Assembly: GCA_038128265.1 (NCBI GenBank)
Contig: JAYPJE010000033.1
Span: forward strand, 1 to 46,182
From: Gemmatimonadota bacterium
Lineage (GTDB): Bacteria; Latescibacterota; UBA2968; UBA8231
Direction of reading: 5' to 3'
DNA: 46,182 bases
The notes beneath the pieces were generated by a model. It did no database searches and was not told the origin of the DNA. It worked only from the letters and a program-made list of their open reading frames with translations. Positions 1 to 9,223 of this stretch are shown piece by piece (the first letter of the stretch is position 1; every line of letters begins with the position of its first letter). The translations under genes and the position numbers were made by a program.

Positions 1-272
1 CCATCCAAGTCGTCCGTCACAATCTCAAACGTCACAAACCAACCCCAGTATTGCTCGGGAATTAGCTCCTTAAACAGGTTCCAGACCCGCTGGTGCAGTT
101 CGGCATCTTCCTGTAGCGCCTGATAGTATTCATCGTCTACCGGGTGCGTCTCCGCTTCACCCAGTTCATCGTTTGCAAGCTGGTACGTCACAATGTCGAC
201 ATCTTGGGCCCCAGCAAATGAATAGCCCAGAACAGTCGCGTATAAAGCCAGCATGCGGATCGATTTAACCAA
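1..272 (-). CDS. Partial (runs off the window edge) secreted hypothetical protein
   Basis: Not in the ORF track; translated by hand. TTG at 272 after AAGGAGAGGGAGG gives MVKSIRMLALYATVLGYSFAGAQDVDIVTYQLANDELGEAE...HQRVWNLFKELIPEQYWGWFVTFEIVTDDLD, open to the edge. N-terminus looks like a Sec signal peptide (AGA|Q). Confidence 0.75.
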   Translation of the reverse strand, partial: MVKSIRMLALYATVLGYSFAGAQDVDIVTYQLANDELGEAETHPVDDEYYQALQEDAELHQRVWNLFKELIPEQYWGWFVTFEIVTDDLD

Positions 273-557
273 CGCTCGTCCCTCCCTCTCCTTTAGACAG
301 CGCGATGCATGCCGCGCTGGGACTGATTGGCCCGTCCAGTTTTTTATTATCCGGCAGACCGTTACCACTGTTAACTGCGAAACCAAAGCGCGCGTGCGTC
401 GGCAGAGGCCTTCACACGCAGACTCTAGGCTTCAGTCAATCAAATACAAGAGACCCGGTCGGGCAAACTCTTTTCCGATTCGTCGACGGATACTGCGTCT
501 GGTGCTCGGACGCCGCTGGTCGAAGTATGTCCCATACACCTGCTGCTGCGTTTGCCC

Positions 558-2333
558 ATGCCCTTTACTTTCGCTTATTTTCCGCAGCACACTCATCTGC
601 ACCCAAATGGAGCATATGGAATGGGCGTATTTTACGACTTGGGTCGCCCCGTCGTCGGCGGCTGGATGGGCGGAGGTTGGTTACTACACGACCCCGTGCG
701 GGAATTAGATCTCCTTTGGGGCGGCGAATTCGGCCAAGAGGGTGCGGTGCTCTTTGCCATTGACGTGGACAGCGGGCACACCGTCGAAGAATTTCGCATT
801 GGCTGCCGCGAATTTAGCGCCACGGCCGATCCACAAACCCATACCTTGTGGATATGCACCTACCACGGCCTGTACCAACCGGGCCACCTGCTGCTCTCCT
901 GGAACCCCCGCGATCGGCAGCTGGTATCGCACGGGTTTCCGCCCCTCGTCGACCAGCGCTTCTGCGGCTCACCCCTGATTGCGCCCGATGGGACCATTTA
1001 TCTGGGCACACACCCACACGGCCACCTCGTGCAGTATGATCCACAGCGCCAGCGCTGGCGCGACTGCGGCCAGCAGGCCCTGCCTCCCATCGTGCCCGAC
1101 CAGCATATCTGGTGCTACCCACGCCAGGTGCTCGACAGCGGTGAAGTAGTCTGCAATATTGCGCGCGATCCGGTTTCCAATGTCGCCTTTGATCCGCAAA
1201 GCGGTCAGCGCCGAGCGCTCGACTCGGTGCCGGAAGCACCATCGCCAATACCCCCCACCCGCGACGCGCGCGCCCAGTTTCGTCTCGATGCGCGCTATGA
1301 GCTCGATGGACAGCTGCGCACGAGCGATTACCAGCCTAAAGTTGCCACCGACATTGTCGGTCTCAACCTCGGACCGGATGGCAACGTTTACGGCAGCACG
1401 ATCATATCTATGCACGTTTTTTGTTTCCAGCGAGGCGAGCGCCGCTTAGAAGATCTCGGCCGCGTAGGCTGGGGCGGAGGGGAAATTTACGACGTCATCG
1501 CCCATCGCGACCGCCTCTATATGGGAAGCTACTCAGGCGGGTATTGGGGCGTCTACGATCCAACGAAAGCCTGGAACCCCTGCCCCGAAAGCGAGGGACG
1601 CGATACGGCGGCCAACCCACACAGCTTTGGCCTGATCGGCGACGATATGAACCGCCCCTTTGAATACGCCACCGGGCCCGATGAGTGCATATACATTGCC
1701 TGCCGCGCGAACTATCGCCTGCCCGGCGGCGGCCTGGCGCGATTCTGCCCAGACGGCGAATCGATGCGCGTTTTTCGCGACCTAGAGCAGAGCGTGCAGG
1801 CCGTTGCGGCCGACGAGCGCTATGTCTACGGAGGAACCAGTATATCCGGCGGCAGGGGCTGCATCGAGACGACGACGCAGGGGCGATTCTTCCTCTTTGA
1901 TGTAGAGCGCGAGGAGCGCGCTTTCGAGTGCATACCCGACCCCCAGGCCGTAGCCGTTACATCGCTGGCCGTGAGCCATCGCTCCAAGCTCGTCTACGGC
2001 AGCACCAGCGCATCGACCCTCTTTGCCTTCGACGTCGACCAGCGCCAGATCGTCAAACGATGGCAGGCGCCGAGCGCCGGCACCCCGCTAATGGGCGTGC
2101 CCGAAACCTACGGCGTTATTCATCTAACGTGCGGTCAAGACGGCGATATCTACGGCGTGACGCAGAGCGAAGTATTTAAACTAGACGTAGTCGCAGAACG
2201 CCTTATCCAATTGGATACTCCACCCATTCCCGATCTCTATCAGATAATCGAAGGCGACCCCGGCGTCTTCTACATAGGTGCGCGCGGCCACCTGCTCGAA
2301 TACCACCTGCGCGACCAACCCCACTATCGCTGA
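558..2333 (+). CDS. Cytoplasmic beta-propeller repeat protein, function unknown
   Basis: Recurrent blade-like motifs (PDGTIYLGT, GPDGNVYGST, GPDECIYIA, GQDGDIYGVT). No signal peptide. Start is ATG 558 or TTG 552. Confidence 0.75.
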   Translation: MPFTFAYFPQHTHLHPNGAYGMGVFYDLGRPVVGGWMGGGWLLHDPVRELDLLWGGEFGQEGAVLFAIDVDSGHTVEEFRIGCREFSATADPQTHTLWICTYHGLYQPGHLLLSWNPRDRQLVSHGFPPLVDQRFCGSPLIAPDGTIYLGTHPHGHLVQYDPQRQRWRDCGQQALPPIVPDQHIWCYPRQVLDSGEVVCNIARDPVSNVAFDPQSGQRRALDSVPEAPSPIPPTRDARAQFRLDARYELDGQLRTSDYQPKVATDIVGLNLGPDGNVYGSTIISMHVFCFQRGERRLEDLGRVGWGGGEIYDVIAHRDRLYMGSYSGGYWGVYDPTKAWNPCPESEGRDTAANPHSFGLIGDDMNRPFEYATGPDECIYIACRANYRLPGGGLARFCPDGESMRVFRDLEQSVQAVAADERYVYGGTSISGGRGCIETTTQGRFFLFDVEREERAFECIPDPQAVAVTSLAVSHRSKLVYGSTSASTLFAFDVDQRQIVKRWQAPSAGTPLMGVPETYGVIHLTCGQDGDIYGVTQSEVFKLDVVAERLIQLDTPPIPDLYQIIEGDPGVFYIGARGHLLEYHLRDQPHYR

Positions 2334-2344
2334 GAGGAACTGCT

Positions 2345-3121
2345 ATGTTCGAACCCATCAACGCGTTTCGCCAACGCCTCGGCGAAGGCGAAGTGCTCGT
2401 TGGCACCAGCGTCGCACTGAGCGATCCCCAGACCAGCGAAGCACTGGCCCCATCGCTCGACTTTTTGTGGATCGACTTAGAACACGCCCCCATGAGCCCC
2501 GAGGCCATGCGCGCCCACCTGCTGGCAGCGCGCTACAAACAAACTCCCGTCGTCGTTCGCGTGGCTGACTACAGCACGCCCTTTGTAAAAAACGCGCTCG
2601 ACTCCGGCGCACCGGGCGTTATCGCTCCCCAAATCAAAAATGCCGACCAAGTGCGCGCCTTTGTCGAAGACTGTCGCTATCCAACCCAGGGGCGGCGTGG
2701 CTTTGGCCCCAACGTCCCCTCTGACTACGGACGCGATGCCGGCCCTGCATACGTAGCGCGGGCCAATGCAGGCGTTTTTGCCGCTGTGATGATCGAAACA
2801 GTAGAAGCCATTGAGGCCATTGACGAGATTGTCGCCGTTCCCGGTTTAGACTCTATCGTCCTCGGCCCGTGGGACCTGTCCGGCTCAGTTGGCCACCTCG
2901 GCGAAGTGGATCACCCCGACGTAGTTTCAGCTTTAGAAAAGGCCATTGCCGCAGCGCGCAACGCCGGTCTCTTTGTCGGTTCCGGGATGGGCCTCGACCC
3001 AGGCTTTGGCCGCACCATGATGGAACGCGGCGTGCAGTGGCTGCAAATGAGCAACGACTGCGGCCTGCTTATCTGGGCGGCCGAGCACATGCGGCGCGGC
3101 GTTCTGCCCTCTGACGGATAG
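2345..3121 (+). CDS. HpcH/HpaI-family class II pyruvate aldolase
   Basis: Motifs DFLWIDLEHAP, CRYPTQGRRGFG, MIETVEA, GPWDLS. GAGGA RBS, 11 bp after the upstream stop. Confidence 0.9.
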   Translation: MFEPINAFRQRLGEGEVLVGTSVALSDPQTSEALAPSLDFLWIDLEHAPMSPEAMRAHLLAARYKQTPVVVRVADYSTPFVKNALDSGAPGVIAPQIKNADQVRAFVEDCRYPTQGRRGFGPNVPSDYGRDAGPAYVARANAGVFAAVMIETVEAIEAIDEIVAVPGLDSIVLGPWDLSGSVGHLGEVDHPDVVSALEKAIAAARNAGLFVGSGMGLDPGFGRTMMERGVQWLQMSNDCGLLIWAAEHMRRGVLPSDG

Positions 3122-3212
3122 AGGAGTGTAACATCGCTCTGCGGCTATGTACCCCTTCACGCATAGCGGGGTATACGTTGGATGATCCGCCGTTGACCCC
3201 CATTGCTCCCTC

Positions 3213-4289
3213 CTACCAGTTGGGCGAGGTGAATCCCTGACCTGCCGTGAGCCGGCGGGCGACCAGCGCAATGTGCGGATGTGGGTCGTGTAGAGCCGAT
3301 TCAAACATGTCGCGATAGGCTTTGGGATCAAAGTGCTCTAGGCATTTGGCTGCGCTCAGGCGCACGTGCACCTCCGGGTCCGTCAAGCCATTCCAACACC
3401 ACGATGCCGCTTCCACACCCCCGCGCAGAGCCAACACTTCAATGGCTGCCGCACGCAGGCGCTTGTCGTTGTTGTGCGCTATCTCTCTAACGTCTTCGCT
3501 TTCGACTTCCTCGCACCGGCGCATTACGTTGAGTGCCGTCACGCGGACCTCAGCTTCGGCGTCTTCTAACATCATGCGACACCATTCGAATAGATCGGGA
3601 TCGCCCGAATCGGCCAGCAGCCAAAGCCCGCGCTGACGGCGTTTGGCCTTGGAAGACTCGAGGCATTCGAGCGCTTCGAGGGCCCGGGGATCATCGGCAT
3701 CCGTGGCGTCTTCTTCTCCACCTTCCCAGGGTACGACTTCGGTTCGACGCCAGGTCCGCAGGTGCTGCAGGTCTACTTCAAATCCAGCGAAAAGAGTCGG
3801 TAGCCAGGCACGTGCACGCTCAAGGATTTCCCTTTCGCCCAGATTGGCGCGAGGATGGGCCGTTAGGCGCTCGTCGACCCAACGCGCCAAGCGCTGTATG
3901 CCCTCCTGGTGCGGCTGTGCCCCTCTATGTGATTTTACATCGAGTAGGCTGTTGATCCACTGCGCTAGCTGCCGCGGCGTCTCCGGCACGTTGGCAACCC
4001 CCGTCCGAGTGCGCACGGATTCGGGCGGCACATTACCGCGAATCGAGATCACACTGCCATTGGCAATAACTTTTCCGCGACCAAAGCGGCGGCGTAGCTG
4101 CTCGACGTCAATATCGCAGGTGAGGACGACGGGCCGATCCTTAGCGCGGCGCGCCTGACTGCGCGCTCGCTGAGCGGCATAGGCACTGCTGTGGGCAAAC
4201 CAAACTCTGCGCGATGGAGGCTTAGGTCGAAGTCCTTCGCGCGCAATGCGCCGAGCGCGGTCGCGCGTGGTTCCGTGGTAAACGATCAT
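3213..4289 (-). CDS. Tpt1/KptA-like ADP-ribosyltransferase-fold (NAD-lobe) domain fused to C-terminal HEAT/PBS-lyase repeats
   Basis: ATG 4289 after GGGAGAAAAGG. N-terminal YHGT...I..EGL.P...VWFA...PVVL...VPPE. C-terminal repeats DAEAEVRVTAL, DKRLRAAAIEVL, DPEVHVRLSAAKCL, DPHPHIALVA. Confidence 0.75.
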   Translation of the reverse strand: MIVYHGTTRDRARRIAREGLRPKPPSRRVWFAHSSAYAAQRARSQARRAKDRPVVLTCDIDVEQLRRRFGRGKVIANGSVISIRGNVPPESVRTRTGVANVPETPRQLAQWINSLLDVKSHRGAQPHQEGIQRLARWVDERLTAHPRANLGEREILERARAWLPTLFAGFEVDLQHLRTWRRTEVVPWEGGEEDATDADDPRALEALECLESSKAKRRQRGLWLLADSGDPDLFEWCRMMLEDAEAEVRVTALNVMRRCEEVESEDVREIAHNNDKRLRAAAIEVLALRGGVEAASWCWNGLTDPEVHVRLSAAKCLEHFDPKAYRDMFESALHDPHPHIALVARRLTAGQGFTSPNW

Positions 4290-4479
4290 GGCCTTTTCTC
4301 CCTTGCGCGCTGTCGTAGCACCGCATCGCCAGGAACGTCCTTCCCGTAGCGCTGCGCAGCGGCCAGCCAACCGCTCTGTGAAAGTATCCCCTCAGGCTCT
4401 ATATTCTCGCCCCTGGCAATAGTACGCATTCGCTGCTCACACATCCATCGGGCAAACCCGAGGTTCACATCGCCATGCC

Positions 4480-5805
4480 ATGTCCAGCCACCGCCTGCTG
4501 ACCTACTGTTATCTGGTCTCGCTCCTCCTGCACGGATCGGTTCTCTATCTGTATCAGGCTCTCTACACTAGCCCAGTTCAAGCACCGGTAGTGCGCCGTT
4601 TTACCAGCGCAGTGACCAGCGCCGCGCAGCGCTTTGGCGGCGCGGCATCACCCGACCTGCAGCAGGTGCACATGGAGCAATTGGCTTCCAATGGCCAACC
4701 CGTAGACGCGCCGGAAATGACGGCTGAACGCATACCCACGCCGGGGGTAGATCCCGACGCGGAACCGCTGAGTGCCCGCCCACCCGAAAAGGAGCGCAAC
4801 CTGCTGCCGCCGTCCAACGCGGAAGAAGAGGCGCGCCTCGCCGTAGAGGCCGGCCCAATGGCCAAACTTGACGAATTTTCCATGGACCTGATCGACCTGG
4901 CAACACTGGCGCAGAGCGAGCGCTTTAAAGCGGCCATTGTCGTCGCAGAAGACAGCCTGCAGCGCCCGGAGGGATTTATCAACTTTACCCACCTACTGCT
5001 CGACGGCACCACCGACAACTACCGACTGGAAGATCTTGCTCGCTTTATGCGCGACCATACCTCCATCATCGCCCATGCACGCGGCGTCGCAGTGCGCGGC
5101 TTCAGCAGCGACAGACTGCTCGAAGATCCCATCCACTTTCTCTTTCCAGGCCCCCTGCGCGGACGAGCATCTAGTCAAGAACGCATCTTTCTCAACGACA
5201 GCGACAGCGCTCGTTTAGGCCACTATCTGCGCGCTGGCGGCTTTCTCTTTGTCGACGCCGGTGATGGCCCTGATGACCACTGGTTTCTCAAGGAGGCGCT
5301 GCGGCAGATTCGCCGCGCTCTACAGGGCCGAGGTCAAGTCGTCGAGCTTCCTCTCGACCATCCCGTATACCGCGCCTACTATACCTACGAAGACGGCTTC
5401 CCCGGCGAAAATAAGCGCGCGGTAATGCGCTTCCCTATTGGATTGGGCAATCCATGGTACTATCCCGAGCGCACGCCGTGCATGGGCACGCTGCGCGGCC
5501 TGTGGGGTGTCGAAACGGCCGAGGGCCAACTGGTTGCCATACTCAGCGATCTCGATATGCGCCGGCGCTGGGTCGGCGAACCGCTGGCCAATGGAGCCTG
5601 TCAAACGGAAGAGGAACAAGCGGAGGGTGAAGGGAACGAGGAACCGGGCGCAGGCGAAGCGGAAATCGTGCGCCTGCCCTCTCTACAGGCGGCGACTAAC
5701 GTCGTGGTGTACGCGATGACGCGACCCGGTGGACTCACCGTAAAGATGGCCCCCTTTGCATGGAAGGAGCGCACGCCGTCTGAGAAAGCACAACGCCGGC
5801 CCTAA
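4480..5805 (+). CDS. Membrane-anchored DUF4159-domain protein
   Basis: N-terminal TM helix with SLLLH (TonB-anchor-like), Pro/acidic linker, then YLRAGGFLFVD...ELPLDHPVY...ATNVVVYAMT as seen in DUF4159. Confidence 0.75.
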   Translation: MSSHRLLTYCYLVSLLLHGSVLYLYQALYTSPVQAPVVRRFTSAVTSAAQRFGGAASPDLQQVHMEQLASNGQPVDAPEMTAERIPTPGVDPDAEPLSARPPEKERNLLPPSNAEEEARLAVEAGPMAKLDEFSMDLIDLATLAQSERFKAAIVVAEDSLQRPEGFINFTHLLLDGTTDNYRLEDLARFMRDHTSIIAHARGVAVRGFSSDRLLEDPIHFLFPGPLRGRASSQERIFLNDSDSARLGHYLRAGGFLFVDAGDGPDDHWFLKEALRQIRRALQGRGQVVELPLDHPVYRAYYTYEDGFPGENKRAVMRFPIGLGNPWYYPERTPCMGTLRGLWGVETAEGQLVAILSDLDMRRRWVGEPLANGACQTEEEQAEGEGNEEPGAGEAEIVRLPSLQAATNVVVYAMTRPGGLTVKMAPFAWKERTPSEKAQRRP

Positions 5806-6944
5806 AGCTGGGGCAGCGACCAGCGCGTCCACAGCAAACTGCAGCGGTCGCGCTGGCTGCTCTCCTTCTGATAGTATACCGTCAGCAGGCTGCCATCGGC
5901 CAACTCAACGCTCGACGGATAACCCAAGTCTTCGTCCGGGCCGTCGTCGCGCAGCACCAAGTCATAGTGCCAGGTCTCACCGGCGTCCGGACTTATCATG
6001 GCACGCTGGCCGAACGGCATCTCCCGATAACCATAGGTGCAGACCAGCATCCCCGATGAGTGGCGAAGCAGATGGGGTGGCGCACCGTGAAATTTGAGCG
6101 GTTCGGGTCTAGACCATATGCGGCCGCGATTCTCGGAATGCGTTTGCAGCAGCGAAAAGCTCGGCACCCCAATATCAGCGGCGGCGCTCCCGCCCCCGTC
6201 TTCAAAGCGCAGTAGCCCCAGTAAACGCCCATCGGCCAGCTCGACGACGTGCGCTTCGTGATACTGCGCTTCCACGGTACCTGGCAAGAGTGGCACCGTC
6301 CCGCCCAACTCCCAATTGCGTCCTCCATCGGTAGAACGCATAGAGGCAATGGCGCCTTCGCCGCGCACAAAGCCGTCCATAGTGGAAAAATACTTACCCA
6401 GTAAGAGCATGGAACCTGTTTGCAGGGCAATGGGACCGTGTGGAGCGGTCAGCATAATCCGGCGCGGTTCGTCCCAGGTCTCGCCTCCGTCTTCGCTGTA
6501 GCGCAGCCACGACCCGATATAGTCTTCAACGCGCACGCTATCCATGCGGGCAAAGCCCTCGCGCCAGCGGTCTGAGCGCTCCCGATCGCCCATAGCCATA
6601 TAGCGCTTGCCCGAGCTCTGGCGATTGTCCGTACTAAACCAGGTCACGACCAACCGCTCATCGCCGAGTGAAACCACACCGGCATCGCGATCGTCTAGGG
6701 GCGTATCGTTTAGTACGCGGGGACTCGTCCAACTATCGCCGTGATCGTCACTATAGCACATAATCGTGCGGCCAAAAGGGCATACGTGGTCATTGCGCAG
6801 TCCCGAAGCGACCACGATCAATCGCCCCGAATGGGTCTGGGCAATCGTTGGCCAACCGAAATAGCCAAAGAAGTCCTTGGGAAAGGATGCGATAATGCCG
6901 TGCTCAGCCCGCACGGATTTGCCTATCTGCTTCGTCTTTGCCAA
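5802..6944 (-). CDS. BNR/Asp-box sialidase-family (GH33-like) protein
   Basis: Asp-boxes SDDHGDSW, SEDGGETW, STDGGRNW, SPDAGETW, and DLGYPSSVEL near the C-terminus. TTG start with GGAG RBS. No signal peptide. Confidence 0.85.
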   Translation of the reverse strand: MAKTKQIGKSVRAEHGIIASFPKDFFGYFGWPTIAQTHSGRLIVVASGLRNDHVCPFGRTIMCYSDDHGDSWTSPRVLNDTPLDDRDAGVVSLGDERLVVTWFSTDNRQSSGKRYMAMGDRERSDRWREGFARMDSVRVEDYIGSWLRYSEDGGETWDEPRRIMLTAPHGPIALQTGSMLLLGKYFSTMDGFVRGEGAIASMRSTDGGRNWELGGTVPLLPGTVEAQYHEAHVVELADGRLLGLLRFEDGGGSAAADIGVPSFSLLQTHSENRGRIWSRPEPLKFHGAPPHLLRHSSGMLVCTYGYREMPFGQRAMISPDAGETWHYDLVLRDDGPDEDLGYPSSVELADGSLLTVYYQKESSQRDRCSLLWTRWSLPQL

Positions 6945-6961
6945 TGCTCGCTCCTTGCCAT

Positions 6962-7813
6962 TTACATCTCGCTGGGCAGCCGTACGCTCGCCATCAACGA
7001 GCGGAGGCGCGCCCGTTTAACCTCACCGCGCGCTTCGCACCAGGGTCGATTTACCCAGTCCACCGCCCATGCCTCGCCGCTCCGACATCCGATGCGCGCG
7101 GCTGGCAGGCGCAGGGTTTCGGCGGCTCGTTCGTCTGCGCCAACGCGCGCCGCCAAGCGCTCTGCCAAGGCGCTAGCCCACGCCCATAAGCGCTCGTCAG
7201 CACAGCGCATCGCCTCTGCAAGCAGGGCATCAACCGCTTCGACCTGCACGGCCAACTCGGCGGCACGCTCTTGCCCAACCGGACCTGGCGATGTCGCCTC
7301 CTCCGTCCAGTCGAGAAACTCTCCCCGCTCCACCTGGTAAAAATCGTTGAGCAAGACCGCCACGCAGCGCGCAGCCACCAAGTGTACGGCTCGATTGTCT
7401 GCGTCGGTGAGCACTTCTCCGCACAGGGCGAGTACGGCGACCCAAACCGAAAGTTCCGTGCGCCCAGCAGCATAATCATCAAGGGCAGAAAATACGCCCT
7501 CCGCACGAGCCCACCCAGCGCCCTGCACTGCTCTATCGCCGATGACTTTGCCCCAAGCGTAAAGCCCGCGCGCCACGCAGACCTGTCGGCCATCGACCCC
7601 AATTGGGTCATCCTGCACCGCAGCGCACAGGGCCGCTACCGAATCGGCAGCAGGCCCCTCACCTTCACCAACGACTTCGCCGCCATCCACCCACTTCGCC
7701 CAGCACCAGAGCCTCTCGGCAAACGCCTCACCCTCGACCGCTTCATCGCTCGACCATGCCTGTAACAGGCGTGCTCCCTCTAGCCTGTAGGCGGCACGCC
7801 AGCTATTTTCCAC
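6962..7813 (-). CDS. Hypothetical protein (helical, Ala/Trp/acidic-rich)
   Basis: 283-aa ORF packed between operon neighbours (2 bp and 17 bp gaps). No motif recognised. Confidence 0.65.
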   Translation of the reverse strand: MENSWRAAYRLEGARLLQAWSSDEAVEGEAFAERLWCWAKWVDGGEVVGEGEGPAADSVAALCAAVQDDPIGVDGRQVCVARGLYAWGKVIGDRAVQGAGWARAEGVFSALDDYAAGRTELSVWVAVLALCGEVLTDADNRAVHLVAARCVAVLLNDFYQVERGEFLDWTEEATSPGPVGQERAAELAVQVEAVDALLAEAMRCADERLWAWASALAERLAARVGADERAAETLRLPAARIGCRSGEAWAVDWVNRPWCEARGEVKRARLRSLMASVRLPSEM

Positions 7814-7815
7814 CC

Positions 7816-8838
7816 TCAGAATTTCCCGCTGCGCGACTCGTATTTAGTCGGTTTCCCAAGACTTTTACCGCCCAACTGCACCCAGTAGGCCATCCACTGC
7901 AGCATGTGCTCTACGCTCACCTGCGGGGTGCCCAATTGCTCGAACAAACGCTCCGCATTTCCCAGGAGCGCATCGTCGGCTTCGCGGTGTACGAAGTGCG
8001 GCTCACGCCCCATTAGCTCGCCCAACCGCGTAGCCATTGCGCGCGTCGACAGCACCTGTGCTCCCGTCATGTTAATAACAGCAGCTGGACTAGTGCACAG
8101 GGGAAATAGCTGGCATAAGTAGGCATTGGCATCGCCCTGCCATATCTGATTGACATAGCCCATTGTCAGGTCGATGGAATCGCCATTCCACACCCTCCAG
8201 GCCAGGTCGTGGATTATGCCGTAGCGCAGTTCGGTCGCGTAAAAAAGGCGCACAATCGCCAGTGGCGTGCCCTGCACGCGCGACCAATACTGGGCCAAGC
8301 GTTCGCCGCCCAGCCTCGACTGCGCGTATTCACCAACGGGACCAATAGCACCTTCCTCATCGGGACTCGGCCCCCCACTCGGAGCAAACGCGTAGACGTT
8401 ACCCGAACTCACATAGACAATGCGAGCATCGCTGTAGCGCCGCACCACCTGCCCGGGCAGCCAGGTATTCATCGCCCACGTCGTGTCGACATTGCCCGCC
8501 GCCCCAAATTTAAAGCCGGCCAAATGATATACGTAGGGCGCATCGGGCAACTGCGCTAGCGCATTGGCATCCAATAGATCAGCCGCTACGGTCTCCACGC
8601 CCATGCCCTGTAAATGCGCACGCTGGTCGGAATCTGAAAAACGCGAAACGGCAATGACTCGCCGCGCGCCAGCGCGCACCAGCAATTCACACAGCGTGGG
8701 ACCCATCTTACCGGCTGCCCCCAGCACGACGACGTCGCCGTCAAGCGCACCAACCGCCGCACGCACCGCCGCATTCGGCGTGCACATCTGCTCGATCAAC
8801 GCGCGTTCGTCACCAATCATATCAACCGTCTCAGCCAC
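7816..8838 (-). CDS. NAD-dependent epimerase/dehydratase family protein
   Basis: Rossmann GAAGKMG, SSGNVY, catalytic-type YAQSR (YxxxK variant), LRYG motif. Confidence 0.85.
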   Translation of the reverse strand: MAETVDMIGDERALIEQMCTPNAAVRAAVGALDGDVVVLGAAGKMGPTLCELLVRAGARRVIAVSRFSDSDQRAHLQGMGVETVAADLLDANALAQLPDAPYVYHLAGFKFGAAGNVDTTWAMNTWLPGQVVRRYSDARIVYVSSGNVYAFAPSGGPSPDEEGAIGPVGEYAQSRLGGERLAQYWSRVQGTPLAIVRLFYATELRYGIIHDLAWRVWNGDSIDLTMGYVNQIWQGDANAYLCQLFPLCTSPAAVINMTGAQVLSTRAMATRLGELMGREPHFVHREADDALLGNAERLFEQLGTPQVSVEHMLQWMAYWVQLGGKSLGKPTKYESRSGKF

Positions 8839-8853
8839 GTTCCCTTTCCCTCT

Positions 8854-9162
8854 CTACCAGTCGCGCCGATAGGTCCAGAACGGACCTACGGGATTGTATT
8901 CCAATCGGGGTATATCGTCGCCACAGTTTGGACACTGTCGCACCGCACGCAGGACCGGTGCGCTACAGGCTGGACACGCGTGGGCCAGCACCTTCAACAC
9001 CAAGAATAGGCCCACCGGCCCAAGCAGAAAACCCAGAGCAACCCAGCTGTACGCGCTGGCACCGCGGCGACGGGCAATGACCGCTGAGACAATGCCGCAG
9101 CCGATCCACGCGGCGATTGATAACAGGCCCACAGCGAGGGCTACTGTCAATACATCGGCCAA
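8854..9162 (-). CDS. Small two-TM membrane protein with C-terminal zinc ribbon
   Basis: Hydrophobic segments ending W..LGFLLGPVGL, then CPAC...CPNC. TTG 9162 follows GGAG; ATG 9198 is an alternative start. Confidence 0.7.
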   Translation of the reverse strand: MADVLTVALAVGLLSIAAWIGCGIVSAVIARRRGASAYSWVALGFLLGPVGLFLVLKVLAHACPACSAPVLRAVRQCPNCGDDIPRLEYNPVGPFWTYRRDW

Positions 9163-9223
9163 TTGCAAACTCCGCCCTTGTGCGCCATTGTCCCGCACAT
9201 ATCACGAAAAGACCGGACGCGTG

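Noticed and set aside
317..345. Terminator-like CTGGGAC...GTCCAG-T6 on the + strand
   Set aside because: Short bulged stem with no + strand gene upstream. Not distinguishable from chance.
253..763. ORFs 253-708 and 305-763 on the + strand
   Set aside because: No RBS or recognisable motifs, and they overlap both the minus-strand gene start and the propeller gene. Treated as spurious.
3144..3173. Interleaved pairings GCTATG/CATAGC and TACCCC/GGGGTA suggesting a pseudoknot
   Set aside because: Zero-length connecting loops make both stems sterically incompatible. At most one simple hairpin between convergent genes.
4448..4461. TCGGGCAAACCCGA hairpin, with GGCAAAC also near 460, as a possible c-di-GMP-I riboswitch
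   Set aside because: The rest of the aptamer (GAAA loop and GCAAAG second stem) is absent.
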